64,000 nucleotides of DNA from Chrysomallon squamiferum (taxonomy: Eukaryota > Animalia > Mollusca). Position numbers and translations under genes: made by a program. Positions 44,524 to 58,626 of the stretch are shown in pieces (the first letter of the stretch is position 1; each line of letters opens with the position of its first letter). The notes under the pieces are model-generated. The model did no database searches. It was not told the origin of the DNA and was given only the letters and a program-made list of their open reading frames with translations. The stretch is from NCBI GenBank assembly GCA_012295275.1, contig CM022665.1:28272001-28336000 (forward strand). The letters run 5' to 3'.

Positions 44524-44784
44524 CTTTGACATCTTGTCAGAAGAAATATTTTCATTTAGCAAAAGTTCTTCTTTGCCTTCCGACAGACGCCGCGACTGGA
44601 TTTTAAATTTTAATTCCTTTTTTAGTAAAGGTATAAGAGATCCACTTTTTTGCGATTCCTCGTGTGCCGATAACAGTTCGATGTCGTCGATGTCGTAAAT
44701 GTCGAAAGCAGAGTCAGCAGGCAGTGTCTGCTGAAGACATTTTTTAAAGTTATCATCATACACTATTTGTCGCAAAGCATCCAT
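44524..44784 (-). CDS. ATF3: Paralogue C, N-terminal coding exon
   Basis: Encodes MDALRQ...SGSLIPLLKKELKFKIQSRRLSEGKEELLLNENISSDKMSK; donor AAG|GTAAAA, phase 0. Confidence 0.88.
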
Positions 44785-45071
44785 GTTTCTTTAACCATAT
44801 AGTATCGCGGTTTTTGTCACCAATGCATATAGGGAAAACTTCATCCATTCAGCCTAATATTAAACTCTTTGTCATATCTTTAGTAATTGAATACGAACAA
44901 GGCCAGTAACTCAATCGTGGATATCTACAGCCTCGTTTTCATACGGGGGAAACTCTCATCGTAGTATTTGCGGCCTTACGTCAGCGCTACAATCTATTTT
45001 CTCACAAACATGAATGGACTTGCAGAAAGAGCTGGATTAACTAATAAAATTAAATTAAGAAGATTAATAAC

Positions 45072-45106
<35 letters not shown>

Positions 45107-45579
45107 AGCATACATAATAAAATATATTACTGAGATATAAATAAATAAAGAAATAAAGAAATTAATGAATTTTAAAATGTTTGTTTTATAGTGTTTTTTC
45201 ATTCTTTTTTATTATTATCGTTGTTGTTATTATTATTTTATTTTTTTTCGTTTTTCTCTCTTAATATTAATTTTTTATCTGAATCAAATTATATTATGAA
45301 ATATTTCCCATACACGAAATTTATGCAAATATATATTAAAAAAACAGTATAAAATTAATATATATATATATACATACAAAAAAATATATATTTAAGAAAA
45401 TAATAATAACGCCAATAACAATGACAATAACAGCAACAACAACAACAACAACCAAATAATAATAATAACAACAACAACAACAACAACAATAATAACAATA
45501 CTCCTGCTACTACTACTACTAATAATAATTATTGAAAATATGGCTGCAATTTATAATAAAACATTACATTTAACTGATC

Positions 45580-45617
<38 letters not shown>

Positions 45618-46078
45618 GTAATAGTAATAGTAGTAGTAGTACTAGCAGCAGTGGTAATAGTAATAGCAGTAGAAGTAGTAGCAGTAATTACAGATGCAGT
45701 TATTGTGGTCCTATTAGTATTAGTAATAATAGTGGTAGTAATAGTATTCATTATAGTTGTAATCGTCGTTGTCGTCGTAGTGGTGGTGGCGGCAATAATA
45801 GCAACAGTAGCAGCAGCATTATCATCATTGTATTTTAATAATACAGATGCACCGAAGAAGAAAAAAGTGCTAACTTTTACTAACTTTATTCATAATTATT
45901 TATAAATGTGACAGATAACTGTGGTCATATGAGAATAACTAGAAATGCAAAGAGCATTTTTATTCAAAACACAAGTTTACTTACGTCATTTTTAGTTAAG
46001 TCCGTTGTTAAATGTTAGTGTTTTATTCTTGTAACTATTTATTTATTTATTTGATATTATTATTATTATTATTATCAT

Positions 46079-46114
<36 letters not shown>

Positions 46115-46278
46115 CATTATTACAATTATTATTGTTGTTGTTGTTGATTGTTTGTTTTAATTAAAAGAAAATGTTGATAATAATTATGACATTCATTAGG
46201 AAATAAGCAACAAAACCAAAACATGCAGTAATATACATGCATAACAATAAGAAATTAATAATAATATTAATAAGAACC

Positions 46279-46315
<37 letters not shown>

Positions 46316-46808
46316 ATAATAATAATAATAATAATGAGATGATGATGATGATGATGAAATATATTTCAGTAAGTATCGTTTGATTAAATGTTTGATTAAA
46401 TTGATCAAATTTTTTTTATCTCTATGTGTGTGTATATATATAAAAGTAAAAATAGTTTCGTTACTGACCGAAAATGCAGAAATTTATCTATTTTTCATGT
46501 TATCACTATTTATGGTGATTGCAGAATACATACATACATACATACATACATACATACATACATACATTGTTCAAAGTTACTTCTTTACTGTTTTATTGCT
46601 AATATAGATCTTAAAAGATCATTTTGCAAACATTTTTCATTTAAAAAATAACAAATAAATTGTTCTTAATAACGAACTATTTTGTTTCGATGTTTAATTT
46701 CTTATAGGCGACAACGAAATCAATAAACGTTAATATATTAGTCTCAATAGCGGTGATAAATAAAAGCGTTAATTACATTTATTTTTTGTGTTATTTAGGA
46801 ATGCAGGG

Positions 46809-46937
46809 TAAAGGAAATAACTTGATACTGTCTTAACATTTCAGCTTTATCCTGCTCAGGTCGAATGGCTGCATTTGGCATTCAACATTCGCAGGATGAA
46901 GCTGAAATCTCAAGAGAGTAACCTAGTTATTCCTTAT
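46809..46937. mobile_element. ~130-bp foldback element (MITE-like hairpin)
   Basis: Left arm taaaggaaataacttgatactgtcttaacatttcagctttatcctgc pairs imperfectly with right arm gcaggatgaagctgaaatctcaagagagtaacctagttattcctta. Confidence 0.55.
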
Positions 46938-46941
46938 ATAT

Positions 46942-47013
<72 letters not shown>

Positions 47014-48072
47014 TATATATATTTAAAATTATATACATGTTTTATAATGATTAAATAAGTACAGATCTCTTTCTATGATATCTGAAAACATTATATAATA
47101 AAGTAACATTAAAAAATATATATAAAATTAAAACTAAAATTAAAAAAAAAAAAATGATAATAATTTGATCAAGAAATTACTGTTTAAAATTATCAGTTAT
47201 TTCTAATATTAGTTTCCATTTATTTGCATCCTGATAAATGTAATCTTTTGTGTTAAAAAGTATTTAAAATAAAATCAAATGAAATAAAAATAAAATAAAA
47301 TAAATTAAAATAAAATAAAATTTAATAAAATAAAGACATTCCGTATGTATTTCCAAGTAATCGTTATAAATTTTAAAATAAAACAAATTTAATTTAAAAG
47401 AAACGGATAATTAACAACTAACAAAATCGACAACATAACTAAATTTATGATTATTGACGACGTCAATACTGATGGCTGTGTTTCTCTTAACGTTCTCTTT
47501 CATTTCCGGTATAAATTATGACATCAGCAAAGGAAATCACGTGACTACAGTGTTCATTTTGCAAGAGAAAAGAGATCTTGCAGTACTGATGTGTGTTTAA
47601 TTGTTAACTCGGAGCACCAGTTGTCGGCACGAGTATATTTAAACCGTCTCATTTCTTTTTTTTTTTTTTTTTTCAGATATTTTTGTCCATCTTGTATCAA
47701 GAGTCAAAAGTTCCCTTTGAACAAAACACATGTATGGTTCTTGAGTTAAAATTACAATCGCATCACTTGTCAGCGGGTGTGTGTGTGGTTCCAGAATCCC
47801 TCACCGATTTGCAGATATCAAGGACACTCACTAAATAAATGATGTAATTTTACCCTCAGCGTTTTCATAACTGCTAAAATTCATGTAACTCACACTGACA
47901 ACATTATCCTAGTCTACTGTATGCAACCAAAAGAGTATAATTTATTGTGCAGTAATTCATATATATATATATTATTATATTTTCGTATTATCATTGAACA
48001 TAGCCGCAGGTAAGATGGGCCAGCTGTAATTTTAGAATTGGCATTTAGGTGGTTTCCGTTATATTTCGAATC

Positions 48073-48149
<77 letters not shown>

Positions 48150-48848
48150 AAAACTGGTTTGTTTTAATATTTTTGGCTGATGCTTCTCAATTTAATATTT
48201 ATTAAAACGAAACAGTCTGTGATATGTTTAGTTAAGTAAACTGAGCAGATAGAATATATAGGCAGACGGGTAATCGTGTCAGATACGTAGATATGTGGAT
48301 AGATAGTTTGATTGTTAGAACAATAAGAAAGAGTAGTGAAAAAAAAATTGAAAACAACAACCTGATAAAAAAGGATACATTTTAAAAATATACTCATACT
48401 AAAACGCATACGAATTTCTTTTTCAAACATCTTGCAATAATGAATTTTATTTCAAAATTATGAATATTTTCTTTTTCTTGTTTTTCCATCTCTTTTGTTA
48501 ATATTAATTATTTTCTTTTCTTTTCAGAACAGTTATTACATAAAAAATAAAATAAATAAATAATAACATTCGAATAAAATTCCTGATACTCAGTCTTATT
48601 AGTCATGTAAATCAATCAAAAGCAAGTGCAGTTACATTGCTAAAATGTTGTCAACTTGTTTTACTAATACTACTGCTACTTGCTAATACCACTGCTATAA
48701 TAATAATAATAATAATAATATAATAATAATAATAATAATAATAATTTATTTATTATTATTATTATTATTGATGTCTTTTTATTCCACTGTTGTTATTTTG
48801 GGTTTCTTCAAAAACCCTGTATCACTTAACATGAAATAGCACACACAA

Positions 48849-48879
<31 letters not shown>

Positions 48880-50202
48880 TGTATATGCATGTAACTGCAT
48901 GAATGTTACAGAGTTTTGTGTTAGAATTATTAGGTTGAAATGAAACAACTTTTACACAGTAATAACAACACTGTAGCTAACAAGCATTCTTACTGCTTTG
49001 ACAAGCACCAGAAATTAACACAAGAATTTCAAAATAAAAACAAATTCATCCATTATCTATTCAGCTTTATTTTCACGACCGTTGTTTTTATAAACATATT
49101 TTACATAATAACACAAAAATGTAATACATAAGAAGCGACTACATCATGAAGCATTACAAATATTGTAAGCCTAGAGAAAACTTACTTATTTTGTCTGTTT
49201 ACTTACCAGTGTAAATAAGTAATTATATTATTACAAAATTTATTTTATTTATATTATCAGCAACATTTCAGGTAATTCAGTTGTATTGTTCAACATTTAA
49301 TTTCTATATTAAAAACAGTTTAACATAAGAAAAATCTTTATGATCAAAGATGACAAATAAAAATTATCCTGAATGTGACAAAAATCAGTGATACTGATAT
49401 ACGTCACTGTTTACAAGACTGTGAAATACTCTCAACTCCAAGTAATATCAATCTATGTTGAATATAAAAACAAAAAGTTCTTATTATTACAGAATAAGTA
49501 AATCATAGAGAATTTAGAACTACATACACTAGAGAAACTAGAGAACATTTCATGATGTTCATTTAAAAATGAATCTGTTTTGTGTAATAATACTCGATGT
49601 AAAATGCTGAATTATGTTGAATAAAGGAGAGCATCACTTTCAGATATGAAAAAAAAAAAAATAAAATAAAATTAAAATAAAGTAGAAGAAAAGAAATTCA
49701 AAAAAGATATACATGTATTTATGAATAATATTCTTGGTCAAACTCTGTGTTTGTCTGTGTGTACGAGTGTCTGAATGTGTAGTTACCTATATATTTGAAT
49801 ACATTTTCTCATGACTACTTCAAAGACACACACACTCACAAAGTGTGTACAATCAGTAAAAGTTCAGCTAACTATACTATTAACTAAGCCCTAAAGCTAG
49901 TGGAATGTTCTGAATGACAAAATAAAAATTATTTTAAAACTCAAAACTAAATACTCAAAAACTCATAAATTTAGTTAAGTATATACAGCAAGTGAAATAA
50001 CAATGTTTTTGCAGAGCTGGATCCAGAAGCTTAGAAAATTAAGGGAGAGGTTTTGATGATGTGTCAAGATAAAACGAGTTTAACAAAGAAAAAAACTGTG
50101 AGGAACTGACTTCATCCATCTCTTTGATGAAGTTCAAATACATCATATAAATGTGAAATAGATGTCTACTCATAATTAAAACAAAGATGTAATCTATAAC
50201 AA

Positions 50203-50257
<55 letters not shown>

Positions 50258-50258
<1 letters not shown>

Positions 50259-50466
50259 GTAAATAAATAGAATACATCAACAATAATTATATTAAAATTG
50301 TTATCATAATACAAAATACTGTTAACTGTAACAACTATAAAAATAATAATAATAATAATAATAATAATAAGTAAATAAATAAAACACATCAACAATAATT
50401 ATATTAAAATAGTTTTGTTATCATAATAATACAAAATACTGTTAACTGTAACAATTGTAATAATAA

Positions 50467-50501
<35 letters not shown>

Positions 50502-50569
50502 ATAGAATATATCAACAATAATTATATTAAAATAGTTCTGTTACCATAATCATACAAAATACTGTTAAC

Positions 50570-50575
<6 letters not shown>
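50258..50575. repeat. Three tandem copies of a ~75-bp unit separated by AAT/AAAT tracts
   Basis: catcaacaataattatattaaaat...caaaatactgttaact occurs three times. Confidence 0.8.
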
Positions 50576-50651
<76 letters not shown>

Positions 50652-51520
50652 GTGAGTAAGTAAACAAACAAATAAATAAATAAATAAATAAATAAATAAA
50701 AAACAGGCAGTATTAAATATATCCATGTAACAACTTATCATGGACGGAATAATAGAAAAAACAATAAGAATGTAACTATTTTAATAAACAAAAACAATTA
50801 TTATTGTTTTAAAATAAAAAATTAAAATAAAAAACTCAACTTCAGTTGCTCTACAATGGCACATAAATTAATGCATCAGGCTTTACATTATGCTGCAAAA
50901 TCACCAAGAAATATATATATATATACATATCTTCAATTATAAAACATCAGATACTCTGTAAAGTTTTAATATTAATAAAACTTAATACCATCATTAGCAA
51001 AAACCATCAGTAATAATACTATCTATAGAATAACAACCTGATCATTTGTTTCTTTTTTGTTTTTTATTTTGATATTATTGCATACATCCTACCATTTTTG
51101 TGTTTAAGACCCACTGTATATATTAAAAACAAAATAAGCAGCATTATGATAAATTATTATAGTTATACAACACACTACAAATCTATCCATATATAGATAT
51201 ATATCATCATCATCATTATCATCATCAAAGGGTATTTATTGTATAGTGGTTATTTCCAGCTTTTAATAAACTGCTATGGTAAATAATGAATCCTCAATGG
51301 CACTCTCGAAATTTTGCTGCCCTCTGAAGAATGAATTTATACTTACAATTATTAACCAAAATAAGGGTAAAATTTGTTAAATAAACTTATTTGAAAATAA
51401 AATATAACAAAAACTATGTACGAGTTGATATAGATGTGTATTTATGTATTTTTGTGTGTGTGTGTGTACACACACACACACAAACACGTTTAAAAAAATC
51501 TCAGATGTACATATATAGGT

Positions 51521-52873
51521 CAGGGTGCAATACTGCAAGTGAAACACTCACCTATGTGAGTGAAATTCTGTTATGGCAATTTAAATTGGCAAAAAACTAG
51601 CATTTTGGCATCAAGACTATTTTTTCAGAATGAAACTGTCACTGGAACAAATTTTAGTTTACTGTATCAGTCAGACAACACATACATTGATGATCACAAA
51701 CTGTAAACATACACATCTGCATTTTATGCTGTATATGAATTGACACATAGCCAAAGTCAGTCAAAGTATTCTGATATCTTAATGGGAGCTCTTCGGCTGA
51801 CTTGAGTTGTTCTGAACCACAATCAGAAAGCCTTGTGACATACAGGGTTTTGCTGGTTGTAAACAAGCTTTTGCAACTTTGTAACCAGTTTGTTTGCTCC
51901 CGATGTCGAGCTAAATGTTACATGGTGGGAATATTTCAAATAAAACAAAAAGCGCTCAAGAATTTCGTTGAAAATGATAGCCATACCATCAACAAAAATT
52001 AAATAAATAGTTTCAGTAAATGTAGTTGTCCATATATTTGTTGGAATCACATAACCCTGTTAAAAATCGGTTTACAAAGGAGCATAAAACAAAAGAAGTG
52101 ATGCTTTGGACTCTTGGAAACAGATTTGCTTTTAGCATTTACGTCACCTGGAAACAAGAAACCTGTGACTGTAACTCGACATTTCAAGAGTAACTCTGTA
52201 AGTAAATGTTTTTCAGATGATGGTTCTGGTGGTCAAACAGACACGAAAAAATAAAACACGATGAAGTCCATGAATGAGTTCAACTAGAGTATTCATTTTG
52301 AGAATCCAGGTTTATATTTTGAATTTCTAAGATACAACAAGAATGGGAAATCACATGTTTTACAAATGCTGTCATAAAGTGGGTTCCAGTTTAGCAGAAC
52401 TACTGATTTTGTTGGGGATGTAATTTAAATGTGAAAAGATTTGTTCACACAGTGAAAGTTGTCGTCACGCAAGGTGCTGCGACTAACTGACTGACGTCTG
52501 GTACAAGAAAACTTACAGGATGTATAGGTCAACGTGAATCGCTACAGGACATGGTCTCAGAGTAACCAACCTGCCACACTAGAAGATTATATTTTTAATA
52601 TTCTACTGAAGAAACTGTTATGTTTGTAGGAAAGAATTTTAATGGCATACTATATATTAAACATTAATGATTTGAACATTTTTTTTCAATGCTGGTGACT
52701 GAATTTCGAACATTCCCTTGAGTAAAATAAATAATATAGGTTGGTGTTAAAAGTTCTTTAATTATTGTAGTACTTCATATGTTGCCTGGCAAGTAACAAT
52801 TTCAAGTTGGCTAGTGTTTTTTTCATTCACTAGCCAGTTGGTGAATAAACAGAAAGTGCTGTTTTGCACCCTG
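51521..52873. mobile_element. Decayed hAT-like DNA transposon, ~1.35 kb
   Basis: TIRs CAGGGTGCAATACTGCA and reverse complement CAGGGTGCAAAACAGCA (15/17). A CAGGG terminus is typical of hAT. The interior is unique, without microsatellites, and has only broken ORFs. No 8-bp TSD is recognisable. Confidence 0.5.
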
Positions 52874-55748
52874 TAGATGCAATTTCAATAGATAGTAAAA
52901 TTCTTGACATTAGTCTATGATGAAATTGCTGAACCAGACTTGTATTAGACTCAAATATTTTCAAATTTAACCCTAAAGTTGTACATTGTGGCAATATCTT
53001 AATCAACGGTTGTAATTTTGAAAATGAAATAAATACTTAATATATATAATTTGTTTTGTTGGAAAAGTTCTTTCCATGAAAATAATACACCTCACATAAA
53101 GCAAGATCCTTTTAGGAAATTTTGCAGCAATATATCCTACCTTTACAGACTGAACGCTAATTAACAAAAGTGTGAGTATGACTGTATGTACACTACAACA
53201 CCACTATTTGTAACACAAGTTACAGATTATGGTAATATATACACCATTAAAAACACACCAACATATTAATGAATGATCATATTAATGCACTATAGTGTCT
53301 ACATTATGACAGTGTGAAGTTTTTTTTTTTTTTTTTTTTTTGAATTAAAAAATCCCCATTCTACATCACTAATGAAAAAACAAAAAAAAAAAAAATAAAA
53401 AAAAAAAAAGAAAGGAAAAGAAGACATTGTTAAAACACAATGTGATTGAAAAAATATTTCTGAAGAGGAAATCTTGAAATGTTCCTCTAATGTTTCAAAC
53501 ATGATGGCTTTAAGACTACTACAAATTCTATATACGACTATAAAGTTCTGTTTTTCTTTGGTACAATATTTACATGAAAACTGTACAATAGCTGAAGTAT
53601 GACCAACAATAATTGAAATACTTCTGTCTGATTACTTTAATTAATACATTTGTTAAAACACAAAACATTACTGCTAAGTTTAAATGATGCAATATTGGTA
53701 TATCTCAGACTAATGAAAAACCATTTTCTATTGAATTCATTTCTCATTATATTGTTATCTTATTTACTATTTTGTTTTGTGTTTGATGACATTGGTATAT
53801 TTAATATTAAGTGTTGTCATAGTTAATACAATATAATGAGAAAGAACAGAGTACTGATATGAGATATATTCTGATAGGGGTTGGTTTGTGGATGTTTATT
53901 AGTTAAAATAAACGTGTTTAAATTAGAAACCATTAAAAGAATAAAATGTAAACAGAAATAAAATTAAACAACAATAATTTAGAATACCAGTGGCTTTATA
54001 TAAATAAGCATACATTTAGAGAGTTCAGTTTATGACAATATAAAGAAAAATATATAAAATTACTAACTAAATTAAAGCTTAAATGTTGTTGAATAAACAG
54101 CAGTGAAATTAAAACAGCAGTTTAAAATGTTTGTATGTGTAAGTACAGTAATATTACAGTTTGTAAATATCATTAACTGGTTTTATATCTACTGTAAAAC
54201 TCTTGCACACACACATATACACAGGCATGTAAGGCTCACACACATAAACAAACGTGAGCACAAATACACATACAACACACATAAAATCATTAAAGGGCAC
54301 ATCCTAGTTAAATAGTAAGAGAATATTTGTGATATGGCATATTCCATTAATATCTGTTTCAGTGAATACAACTACATATAAATATGACTGTTCTGCTTGT
54401 CACAGCCGTATATGTCTATTAAAATGGAGTATACATATACTTATAATACAAGTAATATACACCTTTTCAGTACAAAACCAATTTATCTTGATCAAGGATG
54501 TCATTAACAGGCAAAATGATGTTGTCTGGCTAGAAATGATGTTGTAGACTACAGAACATTTAACTGTACGACATATGATAACATTCATTTTGAAATATAA
54601 TAGTAAATTATACATGATACAGTAACATTTAAAAACAAAAGTCTGTGATTATTAAATTATATCTTTACATAAAACACTCTTTTTTTTTCTTAAAAAGAAC
54701 AGAAAAAAAAAAAAAAAAAAATTTAATATAAAAATCAATAATAAATAGGATTTACATGAACAGTGATATAACAACTTAATTTTGCATCATCATGGTGATT
54801 AATTATATTTCAATATTCGATGTTTTCTTAGTTTGATAATTCAAGGTATTATAACAGCACCATGAATGAAATAACAAATTTAATTAGCATATAATATGAA
54901 ACAAACAATGCACTAAAACATCCAATCATGTCATATATTATTATAAATATTTATAATTTCTAAATGCATATAACAATTTGGTGTTTGCTAGACAAAAAAA
55001 ATGAGACTTTTACTTTTTTTTAAATTCAAAAAGAGAAGTGAAAAGAAAAAAATGAAAGTCAACAATAAAAAGCAAAGCAAGCATACCACAAAAAAAACAC
55101 ACACACACACAACTGAAACATAAATTGTTTAGTTTTTGTTTAAACACTATTTTATTTTAAATATAATTACAAAGAATATTTTTATGCTTGTAATGTATTT
55201 TATAAGCATAAAAATAATTTTATGTAATTATATTTAAAATAAATTGTCTATCCATTTAACATCCAATAGCAATTTAGTTTAAAAAATTATCAAACACTTT
55301 TCAAGTTAACAATGATCAGACTGTTTTAACACTGGCATATCTGTATCTTTAACATCCGATATTTAACAAGTGAAAATAAACGCACCAGACTGATCCACTG
55401 ATTAACATCATTAAAATATTTTTTGTTTTATACTTTTTATTAAATGCAATACATTATTTGTAACTATTTTTATTATTATTTACTGATAACCACCCAAAAC
55501 AAATTATAAAAATGTAAATAAAAGTCTGATTTAGCCATGGAATGTACTGGCTACAATTTCCTGATGAAAGTTAAATGCAACTGTTTTAATACAGTTCTTT
55601 GAAAATGTAAAAAAACAAAATAACAAACAGTAACAAATAAAATAATAAACTAATAAATATTATATTCATATTTATCTCAAGTTAAACAAATTTTGTAGTA
55701 GAAAATATGAGGAAACACAATCAATCAATATTTAAATTTTAACTGGAA

Positions 55749-55781
<33 letters not shown>

Positions 55782-55901
55782 CATTAAAAAAAATTCTCCA
55801 TATTTTCTTTCTTGTTTTAATATTGTACATTTCAATACCAATGATGTAAATTATTTCTTAACATGTTTAAACTTCAGACAATGTTAATATATACGTTAAT
55901 A

Positions 55902-56459
55902 CAGTGGAACCTCAGATTACGAACACCTGAAAGCATGAATAAATTGGATTACAAACTGTGATCTTGGACAATTTTTATTTTGGTTTACGAATCCCGAGTT
56001 ACGAACTACAGCAATGCTCCATGACAAGATTTCTTTTGACATCGGTTTTGATGTCAACATCTAGTAAAGATAATAATAGATGCTTACATCAAAACCAAAG
56101 TCAAAGTAAGGATTATAGGCATGCCCTATAGCAAATATATATCATGAATTTGGGCCTTTAGTCTTCGATACACAGTTGCAGCTCAATATCATTTGCACTG
56201 AGATTGTGCACTCGCATTTTATAAAGTGTTGCTGCTTTTATGTGTATATTATTATACCCTATCCAATATGGCGCCCAAGAAAAGAAAAAGTGAAAGCGAT
56301 AATGCTGGTGGAAAGTATAAACGTATCACAGAAGAGGTTAAGAAAGAAATAACTGCAAAACATGAGATGTGTGTGTCTGACATCGCTTCGGTTTATGTAC
56401 AAGTCGGTTTATGAACCGAGTTTTGGAACAAATTAAGTTCGTAACCCAAGGTTCCACTG
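55902..56459 (+). mobile_element. Non-autonomous Tigger/pogo (Tc1-mariner superfamily) deletion derivative
   Basis: TIRs CAGTGGAACCTCAGATTACGAAC and reverse complement CAGTGGAACCTTGGGTTACGAAC, with TA on both sides. Internal remnant MAPKKRKSE...KRITEEVKKEITAKHE.CVSDIA.VY (56268-56414) resembles the CENP-B/psq N-terminal HTH of Tigger transposases. Confidence 0.85.
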
Positions 56460-57448
56460 TAATTAGTACATTGATCAAGATAGTAACTATACACACAGGG
56501 CAGGTCATAGGGCTAATAGATACTAGTATGTATACACAAACATACATATATATATATATATATAGAACTATGTACAATGGAATAAATGTACATGTGTATG
56601 TGTATATTTTATATATGTTTTATATTATATTTACTTGGAAATAATGCAGTTACTAAGATAGACCATATGATTGGAAAATAATGACAGTGAGAGTAATAAA
56701 GAATTCCACTGTCATTAACTAAGAGAACAATCAGCCTAATCAGTGTCTAAATTATCTAAATATAGCACAATTATTTTTAGTAAATAAATTGGTTTTGTTA
56801 GCAAGGGTTAAAGCAGTTTTTTTTTTCTTCTTTTCTTTAATTATTCTACACAAGAATACACTAAAGTCAGTCTCACACACTACACCCATAAAAATAAAGA
56901 CCAAATAAAAGCATTGGTTGTGTTTACCTTTTATAAATGCCTGCTTGAAATGTGGTTACTTTGTTCACAGCTGATAGTTTTTATAAATGAAAAGGTATGA
57001 AAATGTTGAAAATATATCAACATATAAAGTAAATGTCCTTTGAAATAAATGACATAATTGTAACTTCTCCTCTAAATCCTGTCTTGACAAATATATATAT
57101 AAAAATAAAAAATAAGATACAAAAAAAAAAAAAAAAAAAAAAAAGGAAAGAAAGAAAAACATAACTGAACATGATCAGTGGTTTTTTTCTTACAGCTGGA
57201 ATCTGAAATCTTTACACTGTTATATGTTATAATTATATAAAAATCCTGGTTTGAAGAGTAATGTCAATTACTAAGGTCACTTGAGGTCAAGATAAGGTCT
57301 GAACATTATTTATAAAAACATGGTCTAAAGAAGAGGTTTTCCTGCTAATACCCACTCCTGTGGTGAGCCCTTGATACATACAAGTTAAGTTTTACATACT
57401 ATTTTGATATCACAGTTGCTTTATAGTTTCCTCCCCTGTGAAAGGTGG

Positions 57449-57604
57449 TCACGTGTTTTTCAGGGACAGGTTTAGGGGCTGGTCATAGTTGGAACACTCA
57501 GAGAGGTGTTCTAGCAGAGCTTTCTTCAGCTGATCCCTCTCATCACTCAGACTGGTGTACGCCTGTTCAAGTTCACTGTTTCTAGTCTGTAACAAGTCTA
57601 TCTC
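57449..57604 (-). CDS. ATF3: Paralogue D, terminal leucine-zipper exon
   Basis: Acceptor ttttgacacag|. Encodes EIDLLQTRNSELEQAYTSLSDERDQLKKALLEHLSECSNYDQPLNLSLKNT*. Confidence 0.92.
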   Translation of the reverse strand, partial: EIDLLQTRNSELEQAYTSLSDERDQLKKALLEHLSECSNYDQPLNLSLKNT

Positions 57605-57860
57605 CTGTGTCAAAATAGTATTAAACATTTATATATTACAAATTTCTTATTCATAAAAAGTCTATCTCCTGTGTCAAAATAGTATTAAACATTTATATAT
57701 TACAAATTTCTTATTCGTAAAAAGTCTATCTCCTGTATCAAAATAGTATTAAATATTTATATAATTACAAATTTCTTATTTGTAAAAAGTCTATCTCCTG
57801 TATCAAAATAGTATGAAACAGTCATATATTACAAATGTCTTATTCCTAACAAGTCTTTTC
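57578..57860. repeat. 64-65-bp tandem repeat (four copies plus a remnant) spanning the intron/exon boundary of the D zipper exon
   Basis: aagtctatctcctgt(g/a)tcaaaatagtat starts at 57594, 57658, 57722 and 57787. Confidence 0.95.
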
Positions 57861-58518
57861 ATGTGCAAAAACCAATAAAATTAAATACTGGTTACACGCA
57901 TCTGAAATACATATACCATCTGTAAGTAATCCATGTCTTGTACATAACAGTAAAATAAAAAAAAATAAAAAAAGTACATACAAATACAATAAATGAAACT
58001 ACACACATTTATCCATCTACTTAACAGTATATAATTACAGTGATCATGCATACATAGCAGTGTGTGCATACAGTTTTGTAAATGTGTGTATTTGTTTTGT
58101 TTTTATACATACAAGGGCAAAGGCATTTTATTATGACTAACCACCTTAATGCAATATTTATAAAATCACCTTTATTGCAATTAAACAATAAGCTTGCTGC
58201 TTGTGCATGTATTTTGGGTCATTTATATAAAACCCTGTCAATGGGTGACTGTCATAACAAAACTAATATAACAGGTCGCAGTGTCTCAGGTCACAGTCAT
58301 CTGCTTGTGATCTCAGGCTGGCCCAGTTGCTGTTATGCTGTATATATGATATCTACAACAGAACACAAGGAATTCAGCCTTTCCCAGTTCTTTCCCTGAC
58401 TAAAAGTCCTGTCCTGGGACAAAGTAATTGAGGACCACTGATACTGAAATAAACAGATCTATGGTTTTTCTGGATAAGGTCCAGTGACAAATCTGCTCAA
58501 CTTTAAGTGATACTGTAC

Positions 58519-58626
58519 CTGCATTAGCTCATCCATTTTGCGTTTTCCTCTTTCACGAGACCTCTGTGCTGCCAGTCTATTTCTTTCTCTTCTTCTTTCC
58601 CTCCTTTCTACATCTATAGGTGTTAG
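58519..58626 (-). CDS. ATF3: Paralogue D, 108-nt basic-region exon
   Basis: ttttttaacag| ... CAG|GTACAG. Encodes LTPIDVERRERRRERNRLAAQRSRERGKRKMDELMQ. Confidence 0.93.

Noticed and set aside
51654-52050. Short ORFs inside the hAT-like element
   Set aside because: Fragmentary, with stops and only faint transposase-like words; not a functional gene.
57578-57860. Regularly spaced repeat superficially like a CRISPR array
   Set aside because: Whole units are repeated with no unique spacers, the context is a eukaryotic intron, and no cas genes are present.
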